Part shown: positions 17,301 through 25,023 of the stretch, one piece after another
Position numbering within the stretch: position 1 is the first letter of the stretch
Layout of the letters: each line of letters begins with the position of its first letter
Sequence record: NC_049823.1
DNA from: Escherichia phage herni
Strand: one strand, 5' to 3'
DNA length: 50,971 nucleotides
Position numbers and translations under genes: made by a program
The notes under the pieces: model-generated
Told to the model about the DNA's origin: nothing
The model's input: only the letters and a program-made list of their open reading frames with translations
The model's database searches: none

Positions 17301-17569
17301 TTCTTGATCTCCTCGGCAATAAACTTCAGGACTTTGCGCAAAAAAACTTCGTTGTTGATGGTTGCTGGCAATTCCTCTTTCACTTCTTGCGGCAGATAGA
17401 TATTGTCGTGCCAGGTTAAGCAATCGTAATTGATACGATAAGAGCAAAGCCACTCGCAATCGTTATCCGCTTCCCAAATGCAGAGTTGCAGAACATCGCC
17501 AAAATCCTCAACAGTCAGATCCAGACCGTGACGCTTTGCAAAGTTGAAAGTGGTTTTGCTGATGTTCAT
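17297..17569 (-). CDS. hypothetical protein (90 aa), first gene of the leftward early block
   Basis: ORF track; AGGAGA Shine-Dalgarno. Confidence 0.5.
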   Translation of the reverse strand: MNISKTTFNFAKRHGLDLTVEDFGDVLQLCIWEADNDCEWLCSYRINYDCLTWHDNIYLPQEVKEELPATINNEVFLRKVLKFIAEEIKK

Positions 17570-17631
17570 TGCTATCTCCTGATGGGTATCTCGTTTCGAT
17601 GTGTCTAATGTACCCGATCAGGGCAATTCAG

Positions 17632-17652
17632 TTTTAACAAAAAGTGCTATTT
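17632..17652 (-). promoter_or_regulatory. conserved intergenic motif (minus orientation) heading the leftward block
   Basis: TTTTAACAAAAAGTGCTATTT about 60 nt upstream of the gene starting at 17569. Confidence 0.45.
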
Positions 17653-17791
17653 GCTTACTGGTTATTATTCCACCTATTCCATTAATCAGGAATAACAGGA
17701 ATAAATCATTCGCGATCACCTGGATTGTGAGACTTTGAGTTTGATCAATTTTAATCAAGTGATTAACTTTTTGTGTGGAGGGGATAGAGAA

Positions 17792-17869
17792 ATGTGGCCC
17801 TCTTGCGTCCTTTCCTGCAATCCTGGCGCGCACAACTGTTATTTCTGTTCCTCGTGTTATCTCAAATAA
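17792..17869 (+). CDS. possible 25-aa Cys-rich micro-ORF
   Basis: MWPSCVLSCNPGAHNCYFCSSCYLK with GGAGG Shine-Dalgarno 10 nt upstream; function unknown. Confidence 0.2.
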   Translation: MWPSCVLSCNPGAHNCYFCSSCYLK

Positions 17870-17891
17870 GCCTCCGCACTTTGAGATAACA
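17855..17891. repeat. perfect 12-bp inverted repeat TGTTATCTCAAA / TTTGAGATAACA with 13-nt loop
   Basis: Read directly from sequence; overlaps the stop codon of the micro-ORF. Confidence 0.6.
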
Positions 17892-17934
17892 GGATTGGCG
17901 TTCACCAACAAAAAGAACAAAATAAAATTTATAT

Positions 17935-18115
17935 ATATACCCATAAAATCAATAAGTTAGTTATATATGTATTTATATTTGTTATTTACTGTTGTGCTTG
18001 TTCTGTGGGTATATGGTGGTGTGGTATTGTTTGTGGTGATATATATGTGTGATTGTATATTTTTTAATCAATTGTGATGTGTGGTGATTTTTGTATGTAT
18101 ATATATGGGTATGAA
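17935..18115. repeat. AT-rich then TG-rich low-complexity element (copy A), homologous to 47450-47650
   Basis: AAATCAATAAGTTAG..TATATAT.TATTTATATTTGTT core followed by (TG)n-like tracts. Confidence 0.5.
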
Positions 18116-18239
18116 GTAATCCTCCGTCAACCAAGTCAACAAGGTCATTTTTAACATAAAAACCAATGACTTAACTGAAGCATTTTGTTATCTTTAAACG
18201 CGCCACGTGCCAAAAATTGTTGTTAAAACACAAAATATA

Positions 18240-18268
18240 TTGACATGCAGGAAAGGCAAGGCAATAAT
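18240..18268 (+). promoter_or_regulatory. sigma70-like promoter (TTGACA, 17 nt, AATAAT)
   Basis: Near-consensus -35 and spacer length about 37 nt upstream of the gene at 18305. Confidence 0.5.
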
Positions 18269-18304
18269 TCATCCAGTTTAAACGCAACAAAAGGAGTAGA
18301 TGCT

Positions 18305-18790
18305 ATGAGCGAAGAAAATATTAGCACCATGTCGCGTAGTGAGTTTTGCGATATGCTTCGCGACTTGGGCGCGGCAATTGGTAGTGGTGAGCGTAATAAT
18401 GTATTCATGCCAGCACTTTTTTTGTGCGCTAATGTGGAGAACGGCGAAGCAATTACGGCATCGTACATGCGCCAAGTTGTCAACCGTGTGCCAGAAGTAA
18501 AGCAAAAAGGCGTGATCAGCATTAAGCGAAAGGTGACTGATGAGGGTGATGGCTTTGTGTTTACGCTCACCGAAGCCAAAAGCAAGCCTCGCGTTCTGAC
18601 TGGTGAAGAAATCGACGAGATCGCAGAAAAGCGCGCAGAGAAGGCGGTAAGCAAAATTCTTAATCACCTGGTAAACGTAATGCCAAATATCACAGACATG
18701 GAAGGCGACAAACTTGCTGGAGCGTGTGAGGCTATCGGGCGCTACCAGGATATGATTCGTAAACTCGCTGGAGGAAAAGAGGATGAATAA
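18305..18790 (+). CDS. hypothetical protein (161 aa), first gene of the rightward small-gene block
   Basis: Start at MSEENIS with AAGGAG Shine-Dalgarno; the track start 18245 lies in the promoter. Confidence 0.55.
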   Translation: MSEENISTMSRSEFCDMLRDLGAAIGSGERNNVFMPALFLCANVENGEAITASYMRQVVNRVPEVKQKGVISIKRKVTDEGDGFVFTLTEAKSKPRVLTGEEIDEIAEKRAEKAVSKILNHLVNVMPNITDMEGDKLAGACEAIGRYQDMIRKLAGGKEDE

Positions 18791-19043
18791 GGCATTAATT
18801 GGAGTTTTGATTGCAATTGCTACCCTGACCGGATGCGAAAAGGCATCTGAATCAACAGTTGTCGTAGGAGTGGAGTCAGATTTTAAAGTCGATCGCCTGT
18901 TTACTGTTGATGGATGCACTGCGTACCGATTCTATGACAACGGTCGAGCAATCTATTACACCAATTGTAAGGGAGCAACGGATAGCACATACCGCAGCGG
19001 CAAAAACGTAATGCACCAACAAGTCACAACAGATATGAAATAG
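18783..19043 (+). CDS. lipoprotein (86 aa)
   Basis: Signal peptide plus lipobox LTGC; stop embedded in the next motif copy. Confidence 0.6.
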   Translation: MNKALIGVLIAIATLTGCEKASESTVVVGVESDFKVDRLFTVDGCTAYRFYDNGRAIYYTNCKGATDSTYRSGKNVMHQQVTTDMK

Positions 19044-19085
19044 CACTTTTTGTTAAAATGCCAGGTGCGAATCCTGGCATAATAG
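19038..19085 (+). promoter_or_regulatory. conserved intergenic motif, hairpin GCCAGG-n7-CCTGGC, CATAAT
   Basis: Motif copy co-oriented with the gene at 19116. Confidence 0.45.
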
Positions 19086-19115
19086 CCTCATTGAAACGAG
19101 ATTGAGGAAAACAAA

Positions 19116-19301
19116 ATGGCACGTCGCATCACCAAAGACCTTAAAGTTCTTAACAAAGAAAACGTAGTTAAAATCCTGGTTGTCTGGGGATACAACGAAG
19201 AAACAGCAAAGCAGAAGGTAGAGGCAGGTTATGACCTGACTGTAAAAGCAATGCCAAACGACGACGCCAAAGGCATTGCAAACTATGTGGCTTTCTTTTA
19301 A
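19116..19301 (+). CDS. hypothetical protein (61 aa)
   Basis: ORF track; GAGGAAA Shine-Dalgarno. Confidence 0.5.
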   Translation: MARRITKDLKVLNKENVVKILVVWGYNEETAKQKVEAGYDLTVKAMPNDDAKGIANYVAFF

Positions 19302-19316
19302 TTAGCAGGTGAATAA

Positions 19317-19502
19317 ATGAAAACGAAATTAGTTCATAAATCAGAAATCAAGATCGGCGATACTGTGATTCACAACGGAGAGCTTAGAACTGTTGGCAAA
19401 GAGTCAATAAGCCACGATGAATTTATGGGAATCTTGTTGTTCGGTGACTCTTATCGGCTTGGTTATAAAATGGTTGAGCTTGTGGAAGAGGTAAAATTCT
19501 AA
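19317..19502 (+). CDS. hypothetical protein (61 aa)
   Basis: ORF track; AGGTGA Shine-Dalgarno. Confidence 0.5.
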   Translation: MKTKLVHKSEIKIGDTVIHNGELRTVGKESISHDEFMGILLFGDSYRLGYKMVELVEEVKF

Positions 19503-19548
19503 ATAGCATTTTTTGTTAAAACTCAAAAACGATAACCAGGCATAATAA
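19501..19548 (+). promoter_or_regulatory. conserved intergenic motif AAATAGCATTTTTTGTTAAAAC with ATAATA downstream
   Basis: Motif copy co-oriented with the gene at 19601. Confidence 0.45.
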
Positions 19549-19600
19549 ATCACATAGGGCGGCACGGCGTCGCCCACAAAACCAATCAGGAGAAAGCACC

Positions 19601-20548
19601 ATGTTAAAACTTGCTGACATTAAATTCCCGATCACCTTCGAATCTCGCGGCGTTGGTCATTTCATGTTTACCGACGAGAATACATGCACTAAGTTTAACG
19701 AATACGGAAATCCAGACGCTTCAACAATGGAGATTGAACACTTCATTGATGCGCATAACAAGCATTACAATTCGCTAAAAGACTACGGCTATGCAATGCC
19801 AGGATACACCTGTTTTCACTACAAGCAATATAAAGGCCAGGTGTTACCAATGCGCGCACAGGACATTGCGAGCGCTGCGACTTATGCGCGGGCAATTCAC
19901 GCGCCAGAGAATGCAGAGCCACTAGTAAAAATGCACGCCTGCGACTACAAAAAATTGTGGTGCTTAAGTGTGGATAACATCAAGTATCCGATCGTATTCC
20001 GCACGGTTGGTAACTCAACGATTCGCTATACGTCACCAGACAACGGCGTTTATAGCGATGGTACGAAATCAGAGTTGAAAGTTGATTTCTTTGTCAATGG
20101 TCACAACAAATTCAATCCACACAATGAAGAAGATAAGGTGTACTACGTGGAAGACATTACAAAACACTTGTTTGGGGAAACACCATTCGGCGGCGGAAAA
20201 ACGTCAATTCAAAAAATCATTGGCGATGAGATCCACAAGGCAGCCGTTGAAATGAAAGCGCCTGGAGGCTGTAAGATTGATAAAAGCGACCTTATCACCA
20301 TTCGTTCAAAGATTGGCGGAGTTGAATACGAGGGAAAAATTGAAAAAATGCCGCTCGGCGCTTCAATCATCGGCATCAAAGACGACAACGGCGATTGGCA
20401 TGATGTTTCTTTCCCGATCAAGCGTATCGAAGTGCTAGACGACTTGATTTGCCTCCTGGCGCATCATGGCAGCTATAAGAACAATCCGTTCTCCGCAGAG
20501 CTAAACATTAAGCGCGGAACGATGGTTAAGTGGAAGGTGAAAGTGTAA
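19601..20548 (+). CDS. hypothetical protein (315 aa)
   Basis: ORF track; AGGAGA Shine-Dalgarno; no family recognised. Confidence 0.6.
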   Translation: MLKLADIKFPITFESRGVGHFMFTDENTCTKFNEYGNPDASTMEIEHFIDAHNKHYNSLKDYGYAMPGYTCFHYKQYKGQVLPMRAQDIASAATYARAIHAPENAEPLVKMHACDYKKLWCLSVDNIKYPIVFRTVGNSTIRYTSPDNGVYSDGTKSELKVDFFVNGHNKFNPHNEEDKVYYVEDITKHLFGETPFGGGKTSIQKIIGDEIHKAAVEMKAPGGCKIDKSDLITIRSKIGGVEYEGKIEKMPLGASIIGIKDDNGDWHDVSFPIKRIEVLDDLICLLAHHGSYKNNPFSAELNIKRGTMVKWKVKV

Positions 20549-20592
20549 ATAGCACGAATTGTTAAAACTCAAATGTGGGGCCAAGTATAATG
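20547..20592 (+). promoter_or_regulatory. conserved intergenic motif variant AAATAGCACGAATTGTTAAAAC with TATAAT
   Basis: Motif copy; TATAAT 21 nt after TTGTTA. Confidence 0.45.
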
Positions 20593-20621
20593 GCCTCACT
20601 TTCAACGAAGGAGATAAAACT

Positions 20622-20852
20622 ATGTACATTAACAAGAAGATGAAATGCATTTCCGTTAACTATGGTTGCTCTGGCATGTTCAAGCCTGGCGAAATCTATA
20701 TGGCGCAAAAGTTGAAATCATCAACCGGATCTTTTTGCGTGAGCAATAGTAAGGGGAATCGCATGTTCCTGAACGGTGGCGAGGGAACTAAGGTTATGGC
20801 ACACGCTATGGTAATTGCTGAATTTGAAGAGGTGAAAGATGGAAACAAATAA
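20622..20852 (+). CDS. hypothetical protein (76 aa)
   Basis: Start at MYINKK with AAGGAGA Shine-Dalgarno; the track start 20559 reads through the motif. Confidence 0.5.
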   Translation: MYINKKMKCISVNYGCSGMFKPGEIYMAQKLKSSTGSFCVSNSKGNRMFLNGGEGTKVMAHAMVIAEFEEVKDGNK

Positions 20853-21060
20853 GCGCGTTAAGCACAAGTTTATTGATAATCATCGCGATGCACTTGAGGT
20901 ATATAAGTTCGGCGATCGCGTGTTTATTGATGGCACGTTTGAAGGTGGGCGCAGGCCGGATTTTAGGTCGATACTAACCATTGACCAGGTGCGCAAGCTG
21001 GCGGATAAGTTAAATGATCTGGCAGATGAAATCGAATACAAGCAAATTCATTTTAATTGA
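20839..21060 (+). CDS. hypothetical protein (73 aa)
   Basis: ORF track; GAGGTGA Shine-Dalgarno. Confidence 0.5.
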   Translation: METNKRVKHKFIDNHRDALEVYKFGDRVFIDGTFEGGRRPDFRSILTIDQVRKLADKLNDLADEIEYKQIHFN

Positions 21061-21071
21061 TAGGTTTGATA

Positions 21072-21785
21072 ATGAAAAAATACGAATTTGAACTTTGGGG
21101 CAGCAAATACCATTTTTCCACGAGCAAGCCGATTGTTATCGTTGACCTGGACGGAACGTTATCAGACGGAACGCATCGCTTGCACCTGCTTCCGACAGAA
21201 GATTTGCACCTTACAGAAAGCTGGTCTGAGTTCAATAAGGCGGCTGTTGGCGATTCGCCGATTAAGAGCACGGTTGCAGTGGTTAACGGTTTGTGGATGT
21301 CTGGATTTGCCATCGTTATCCTGACCGGACGCAGCGATGAAGTGATGGAGGACACCTGCAAATGGCTTAACGAAAACGGCATCAAGTACGATGCGTTAAT
21401 CATGCGCCGCAAGGAAGACAACCGCAAAGACACAATCATCAAAGAAGAAGTCTTGCGCGCTATCGGACTGGAAAACATTGTGTGCGCTTTTGATGATTCG
21501 CCGAACGTGGTTAAGCACTTCCGCAGCCTGGGAATCACAACCTATCAGGTCACGGAATACGACAAGCCACATAGTCACATCCAATCGCACGGCGTTGAAG
21601 CAATCAAGATCACGAAGCGCGCCCGATTCGTTGGCAGCAAAGACAGCCTTGTGAATTCCAGCTTTACTAGAGGAATAACCTATGACGTTGTTTCTTATCA
21701 TGACAAGAGCTTTATAGTTCATGATGATTCTGGATGCGCCTGGTCATTCGATCATAGTGACGGCGATTTTGTTAATGCTGAATAG
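21072..21785 (+). CDS. HAD-superfamily phosphatase (Pnk-phosphatase or nucleotidase-like)
   Basis: HAD motif I VIVDLDGTLSD near N-terminus; start at MKKYEF (ATG 21072), the track start 21057 is TTG. Confidence 0.55.
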   Translation: MKKYEFELWGSKYHFSTSKPIVIVDLDGTLSDGTHRLHLLPTEDLHLTESWSEFNKAAVGDSPIKSTVAVVNGLWMSGFAIVILTGRSDEVMEDTCKWLNENGIKYDALIMRRKEDNRKDTIIKEEVLRAIGLENIVCAFDDSPNVVKHFRSLGITTYQVTEYDKPHSHIQSHGVEAIKITKRARFVGSKDSLVNSSFTRGITYDVVSYHDKSFIVHDDSGCAWSFDHSDGDFVNAE

Positions 21786-21826
21786 CACTTTTTGCAAAAA
21801 CAGATTATCGGGCTTGCGGTATAGTA
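21781..21826 (+). promoter_or_regulatory. conserved intergenic motif variant AATAGCACTTTTTGCAAAAAC, hairpin CGGGCTT-n10-AAGCCC
   Basis: Motif copy containing the upstream stop. Confidence 0.4.
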
Positions 21827-21856
21827 AGCCCATCGACAACAAACGAGGATTAAATC

Positions 21857-22120
21857 ATGGCTAACAAGATCGAGTTTTTTAAAGCGGTAGACAAGATTGA
21901 TGGCGCGTCAAGTTTCTTTGCTATCCAGTCAATTGACGGTGAGGATATTGGGCACAACGTTATCCTTAGCGATGGAGGATTAGAACTTAGTGACTTGGTA
22001 GGTCGAGTTGTGTCATACGGTAAATGTTTACACCCAGATTCGAAACTAGAGCCGCGACGCAGCGACATGCAAAATCCAGTTCTGCTTTACACTCTGGTAA
22101 TTGAAGGAGTCAACAAATGA
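21857..22120 (+). CDS. hypothetical protein (87 aa)
   Basis: ORF track; GAGGAT Shine-Dalgarno. Confidence 0.5.
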   Translation: MANKIEFFKAVDKIDGASSFFAIQSIDGEDIGHNVILSDGGLELSDLVGRVVSYGKCLHPDSKLEPRRSDMQNPVLLYTLVIEGVNK

Positions 22121-22302
22121 TTTGGTTACTTGTATTTTTAGTGGTTTTCTTTTATATTTCAGGCTTATTCATCTTCCGCGCGCTGGTGAAAACATGCGAT
22201 TGCACGGATAAAGATCAGCCTCTTGTTCTGATGTTCTGGTTTGTGTGGTTTTGGGTGGCGCTTTATCAGATTGTGAGCGAAAAAAGCGGCTTTAAGTGGT
22301 GA
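22117..22302 (+). CDS. small membrane protein (61 aa)
   Basis: Two hydrophobic helices (LLVFLVVFFYISGLFIF and LVLMFWFVWFWVALYQI). Confidence 0.5.
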   Translation: MIWLLVFLVVFFYISGLFIFRALVKTCDCTDKDQPLVLMFWFVWFWVALYQIVSEKSGFKW

Positions 22303-22357
22303 TTCTTACTATAGCGCATTCACGCAGTGCGCTATGTTGAGATAACAACATGAGATC

Positions 22358-22495
22358 ATGAAGATGCGAAACTTCGAAAAAATCGTATCCAAAAAGAAGC
22401 GATACAGCTACCACGAGCACCAAGAGATGAATCAACGCTATCGCAAGAAGCGCCAGCGCCCAGGTAAACATTCAAGCCGATATGGAGAAAACTAA
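22358..22495 (+). CDS. possible 45-aa highly basic protein
   Basis: MKMRNFEKIVSKKKRYSYHEHQEMNQRYRKKRQRPGKHSSRYGEN; weak Shine-Dalgarno. Confidence 0.2.
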   Translation: MKMRNFEKIVSKKKRYSYHEHQEMNQRYRKKRQRPGKHSSRYGEN

Positions 22496-22496
22496 T

Positions 22497-23087
22497 ATGA
22501 AGCGAGACATTATCATCCTTAACGGACCGCCAGGAGTTGGCAAGGATACGCTTGCGGCATACTTAACGGGACATCGTTACGCAGCCGTTAAAGCGTCGTT
22601 TAAACAGCCTATGTTTGATATTGCATTCTCCATGCTTGGCGTTTACCGATATGACGAGTTCATTGATCTGTATAACGACCGCGAGCAGAAAGAAAAGCCT
22701 CAAGCAATCTTGCAAGGCAAGTCGCCTCGCCAGTTCATGATCTGGATTAGCGAAGAAATTATGAAGCCAGCTTTTGGCGAGCAATATTTCGGAAATCGCA
22801 TGGTTGAGCAAGTACACGAGATGTACAGGGATTTAGCTGTTGTAATTAGTGATGGTGGATTCCCTGAAGAAATCAAGCCGCTCGTTAAGGCAGGCCATGA
22901 AGTTCACATTTGCCGACTGCATCGCGAGGGATTCACGTTTGATGGAGATTCGCGAAACTATATTGACCTGAGCGGATACCATCACCGCGTCAAGCATTAC
23001 GACTTCACAATGATTGATGGCGATCCGGAAAAGACTGTTAACGAGATCATTAAATCGGTCCAGTGGAAACACATTAAAATCGAATAG
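22497..23087 (+). CDS. P-loop kinase, deoxynucleoside monophosphate kinase-like
   Basis: Walker A ILNGPPGVGKDT (GKDT as in phage dNMP kinases); start at MKRDII with GGAGA Shine-Dalgarno. Confidence 0.55.
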   Translation: MKRDIIILNGPPGVGKDTLAAYLTGHRYAAVKASFKQPMFDIAFSMLGVYRYDEFIDLYNDREQKEKPQAILQGKSPRQFMIWISEEIMKPAFGEQYFGNRMVEQVHEMYRDLAVVISDGGFPEEIKPLVKAGHEVHICRLHREGFTFDGDSRNYIDLSGYHHRVKHYDFTMIDGDPEKTVNEIIKSVQWKHIKIE

Positions 23088-23130
23088 CACGAATTGCTAA
23101 ACTCGTGGCGCAATGCCTCGCTATAATGCA
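23086..23130 (+). promoter_or_regulatory. conserved intergenic motif variant AATAGCACGAATTGCTAAAC with TATAAT
   Basis: Motif copy containing the TAG stop of the kinase gene. Confidence 0.45.
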
Positions 23131-23158
23131 AACACCAATCAACGAGAGGGCTTGAAAC

Positions 23159-23560
23159 ATGTTAGAACTTAAAGACATTCGCGTTGGAACAAAATTTCGC
23201 GTAACCTGGGCAGATGAATATTGCGGAGTTAGTAAGGGCCAGGTTGTTACGGTGGATAGTATTTATCGCGGGTGCAGCAAAGACTTTCGCCGACCACGCA
23301 TCAAGAATGGCTATATCATAACTCGCCGTCTTGGATTTGATCATTATTGCGTAGTGGCTACTCAAGGAGTTTTGATTGAGCTTGAGCGAATAAGCGATCA
23401 TCGCGGCTGTCATGTTAAGACAATGAAAATACCATTTCAGCGAGCGCGATACGATGCGCGACGTATGCGCAGACTTGCGCGAAATGCGATCAAGTTCAAA
23501 AAGCCTGATAATGTTCTTTACGGCATGTACAAGGGGATTGCGCGAAATGCTGGGAAATAA
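23159..23560 (+). CDS. hypothetical protein (133 aa, basic C-terminus)
   Basis: ORF track; GAGAGG Shine-Dalgarno. Confidence 0.5.
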   Translation: MLELKDIRVGTKFRVTWADEYCGVSKGQVVTVDSIYRGCSKDFRRPRIKNGYIITRRLGFDHYCVVATQGVLIELERISDHRGCHVKTMKIPFQRARYDARRMRRLARNAIKFKKPDNVLYGMYKGIARNAGK

Positions 23561-23678
23561 CAACAATGCAACCAATCCAAAGCCGCCATTTGATTTTCAT
23601 GAAATCATGATTGTGTTATTCTTGATTCTCTTAGTTATTTATTCAGTGAGGGCCGCACTATGGTTTTTAACGCACTAA
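23550..23678 (+). CDS. possible 42-aa membrane peptide
   Basis: MLGNNNNATNPKPPFDFHEIMIVLFLILLVIYSVRAALWFLTH. Confidence 0.3.
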   Translation: MGNNNNATNPKPPFDFHEIMIVLFLILLVIYSVRAALWFLTH

Positions 23679-23923
23679 AACGAATCTTTAAACCTGAATG
23701 CCGGATCGTTTCTTGCACAGAATGCAAGATTTATTACCTGCAACGCCGCCGCGTTATCAGTGGAGATTGGGAATATCTGACGGATGACGCTTTCGGCTTT
23801 TGGGCTATGGAGTTCAATAGCTACAGCGAAGCGCGCGAATACGCTAAAAAGTTGCACAAGTTACGACCTTACAAACTGCGTTTGCTGGTTGTCAAAAAGT
23901 GCGACGTATGGGATCACGTATGA
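23660..23923 (+). CDS. hypothetical protein (87 aa)
   Basis: ORF track. Confidence 0.45.
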   Translation: MVFNALKRIFKPECRIVSCTECKIYYLQRRRVISGDWEYLTDDAFGFWAMEFNSYSEAREYAKKLHKLRPYKLRLLVVKKCDVWDHV

Positions 23924-24099
23924 AAAGAGTGATTATCACCTTTATTGCACTTATCGCTGGTTGCTACCTGGCTTATGGATATAGCGGCATTGTTGAGTCA
24001 ATCGGCGGATTGATTATCTTCATGGCTGGCGGATATGCTGGCTATGGTGACGGATTCAAAGACGGTAAGCGATACATGCTGACCGGGAAAAAGAAGTAA
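23920..24099 (+). CDS. small membrane protein (59 aa)
   Basis: Start at MKRVIITF overlapping the upstream stop; two Gly-rich hydrophobic helices. Confidence 0.4.
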   Translation: MKRVIITFIALIAGCYLAYGYSGIVESIGGLIIFMAGGYAGYGDGFKDGKRYMLTGKKK

Positions 24100-24142
24100 T
24101 GTTAACCGCGCCGCTTAGGTGGCGCCAAAAGGAGGAAAGCAA

Positions 24143-24430
24143 ATGTCTAAAAGCAATCGTAAAATGTTGATTAACGCATTCGAAAAGGCAGCGCTTGAGC
24201 GTGGTTGGAATGACTCATTTCATACAGCAAACTGTATCAGACGTTACGGATTCAAGAATTGCCGCTCATGGGCGCGTGAAATGGCTTCATGGTATGATTT
24301 TGATGCTCATTACCTTGATATGGATTGCGCCCTTGTAGAAATGATTGAGCAGGCAGCGCTAGAGGATCGACCATTAACGCAATCTGATTTTGACGATTTT
24401 GTGCGCGATGAAATTTATTATATGAGCTAA
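24143..24430 (+). CDS. hypothetical protein (95 aa)
   Basis: Start at MSKSNRK with AAGGAGGA Shine-Dalgarno. Confidence 0.5.
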   Translation: MSKSNRKMLINAFEKAALERGWNDSFHTANCIRRYGFKNCRSWAREMASWYDFDAHYLDMDCALVEMIEQAALEDRPLTQSDFDDFVRDEIYYMS

Positions 24431-24475
24431 TAGCACTTTTTGTTAAAACTTCCGCGAGGGCATTTGTTAAAGTGT
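24429..24475 (+). promoter_or_regulatory. conserved intergenic motif AATAGCACTTTTTGTTAAAAC with hairpin
   Basis: Motif copy containing the TAA stop of the upstream gene. Confidence 0.45.
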
Positions 24476-24505
24476 CCTCATTGAAGCGAAACAGAGGAAA
24501 TCAAA

Positions 24506-24718
24506 ATGAAAATTCGAATCACCAGGGTTGACATTGACCGCAACGACGGAAGCATTACCATTGAGCAATGCGGGTTTAAAGTTGGTGACATTGTAGATGT
24601 TGACGGATTCTTTCGCGATGGTTCTTACTGCGTGTTGGCAATCCGCAACACGGAAGAAATTCGAATCGGTGATAACATCGGCGTAAACCATGACGAATGC
24701 GAGGTAGTAGAAGAATGA
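24506..24718 (+). CDS. hypothetical protein (70 aa)
   Basis: ORF track; AGAGGAAA Shine-Dalgarno. Confidence 0.5.
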   Translation: MKIRITRVDIDRNDGSITIEQCGFKVGDIVDVDGFFRDGSYCVLAIRNTEEIRIGDNIGVNHDECEVVEE

Positions 24719-25023
24719 TCACGATTAACCTTTCAGAAGAACAAGCAAAGAAACTCCTGCACGCTGTAGGTTCTCGTGCACTTTGCGGATCAACTGATGA
24801 AATGATTATTGATCATGAGGTTGCAAGAGAGCTTTTTACTCAGCTTGATCAAAAATTCTCACCACGTCCGACTGACGCGGCAGAAACTGCAAAATGGCTT
24901 GCTGAGAATGGATACACGGCTTTAAAAGTTCACAACTGGAAACGAAAGCGCAAAAAGACTATTGATCGTGTATCTGGTGTTGTTTCTCGCTGCATTATGG
25001 TTGATGTGGAGAAATTAAAATGA
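24715..25023 (+). CDS. hypothetical protein (102 aa)
   Basis: Start at MITINLSEE overlapping the upstream stop. Confidence 0.45.
   Translation: MITINLSEEQAKKLLHAVGSRALCGSTDEMIIDHEVARELFTQLDQKFSPRPTDAAETAKWLAENGYTALKVHNWKRKRKKTIDRVSGVVSRCIMVDVEKLK

Noticed and set aside
17618-17944. 108-aa minus-strand ORF in the divergent junction
   Set aside because: Spans the motif, the inverted repeat and AT-rich DNA; no ribosome-binding site; more likely regulatory DNA.
18278-18919. 213-aa minus-strand ORF antisense to two early genes
   Set aside because: Overlaps two plus-strand genes that have good ribosome-binding sites and consistent operon structure.
24100-24125. GC palindrome GCGCCGCTTAGGTGGCGCC as a terminator
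   Set aside because: Not followed by a T-run; more likely just the spacer before the next ribosome-binding site.
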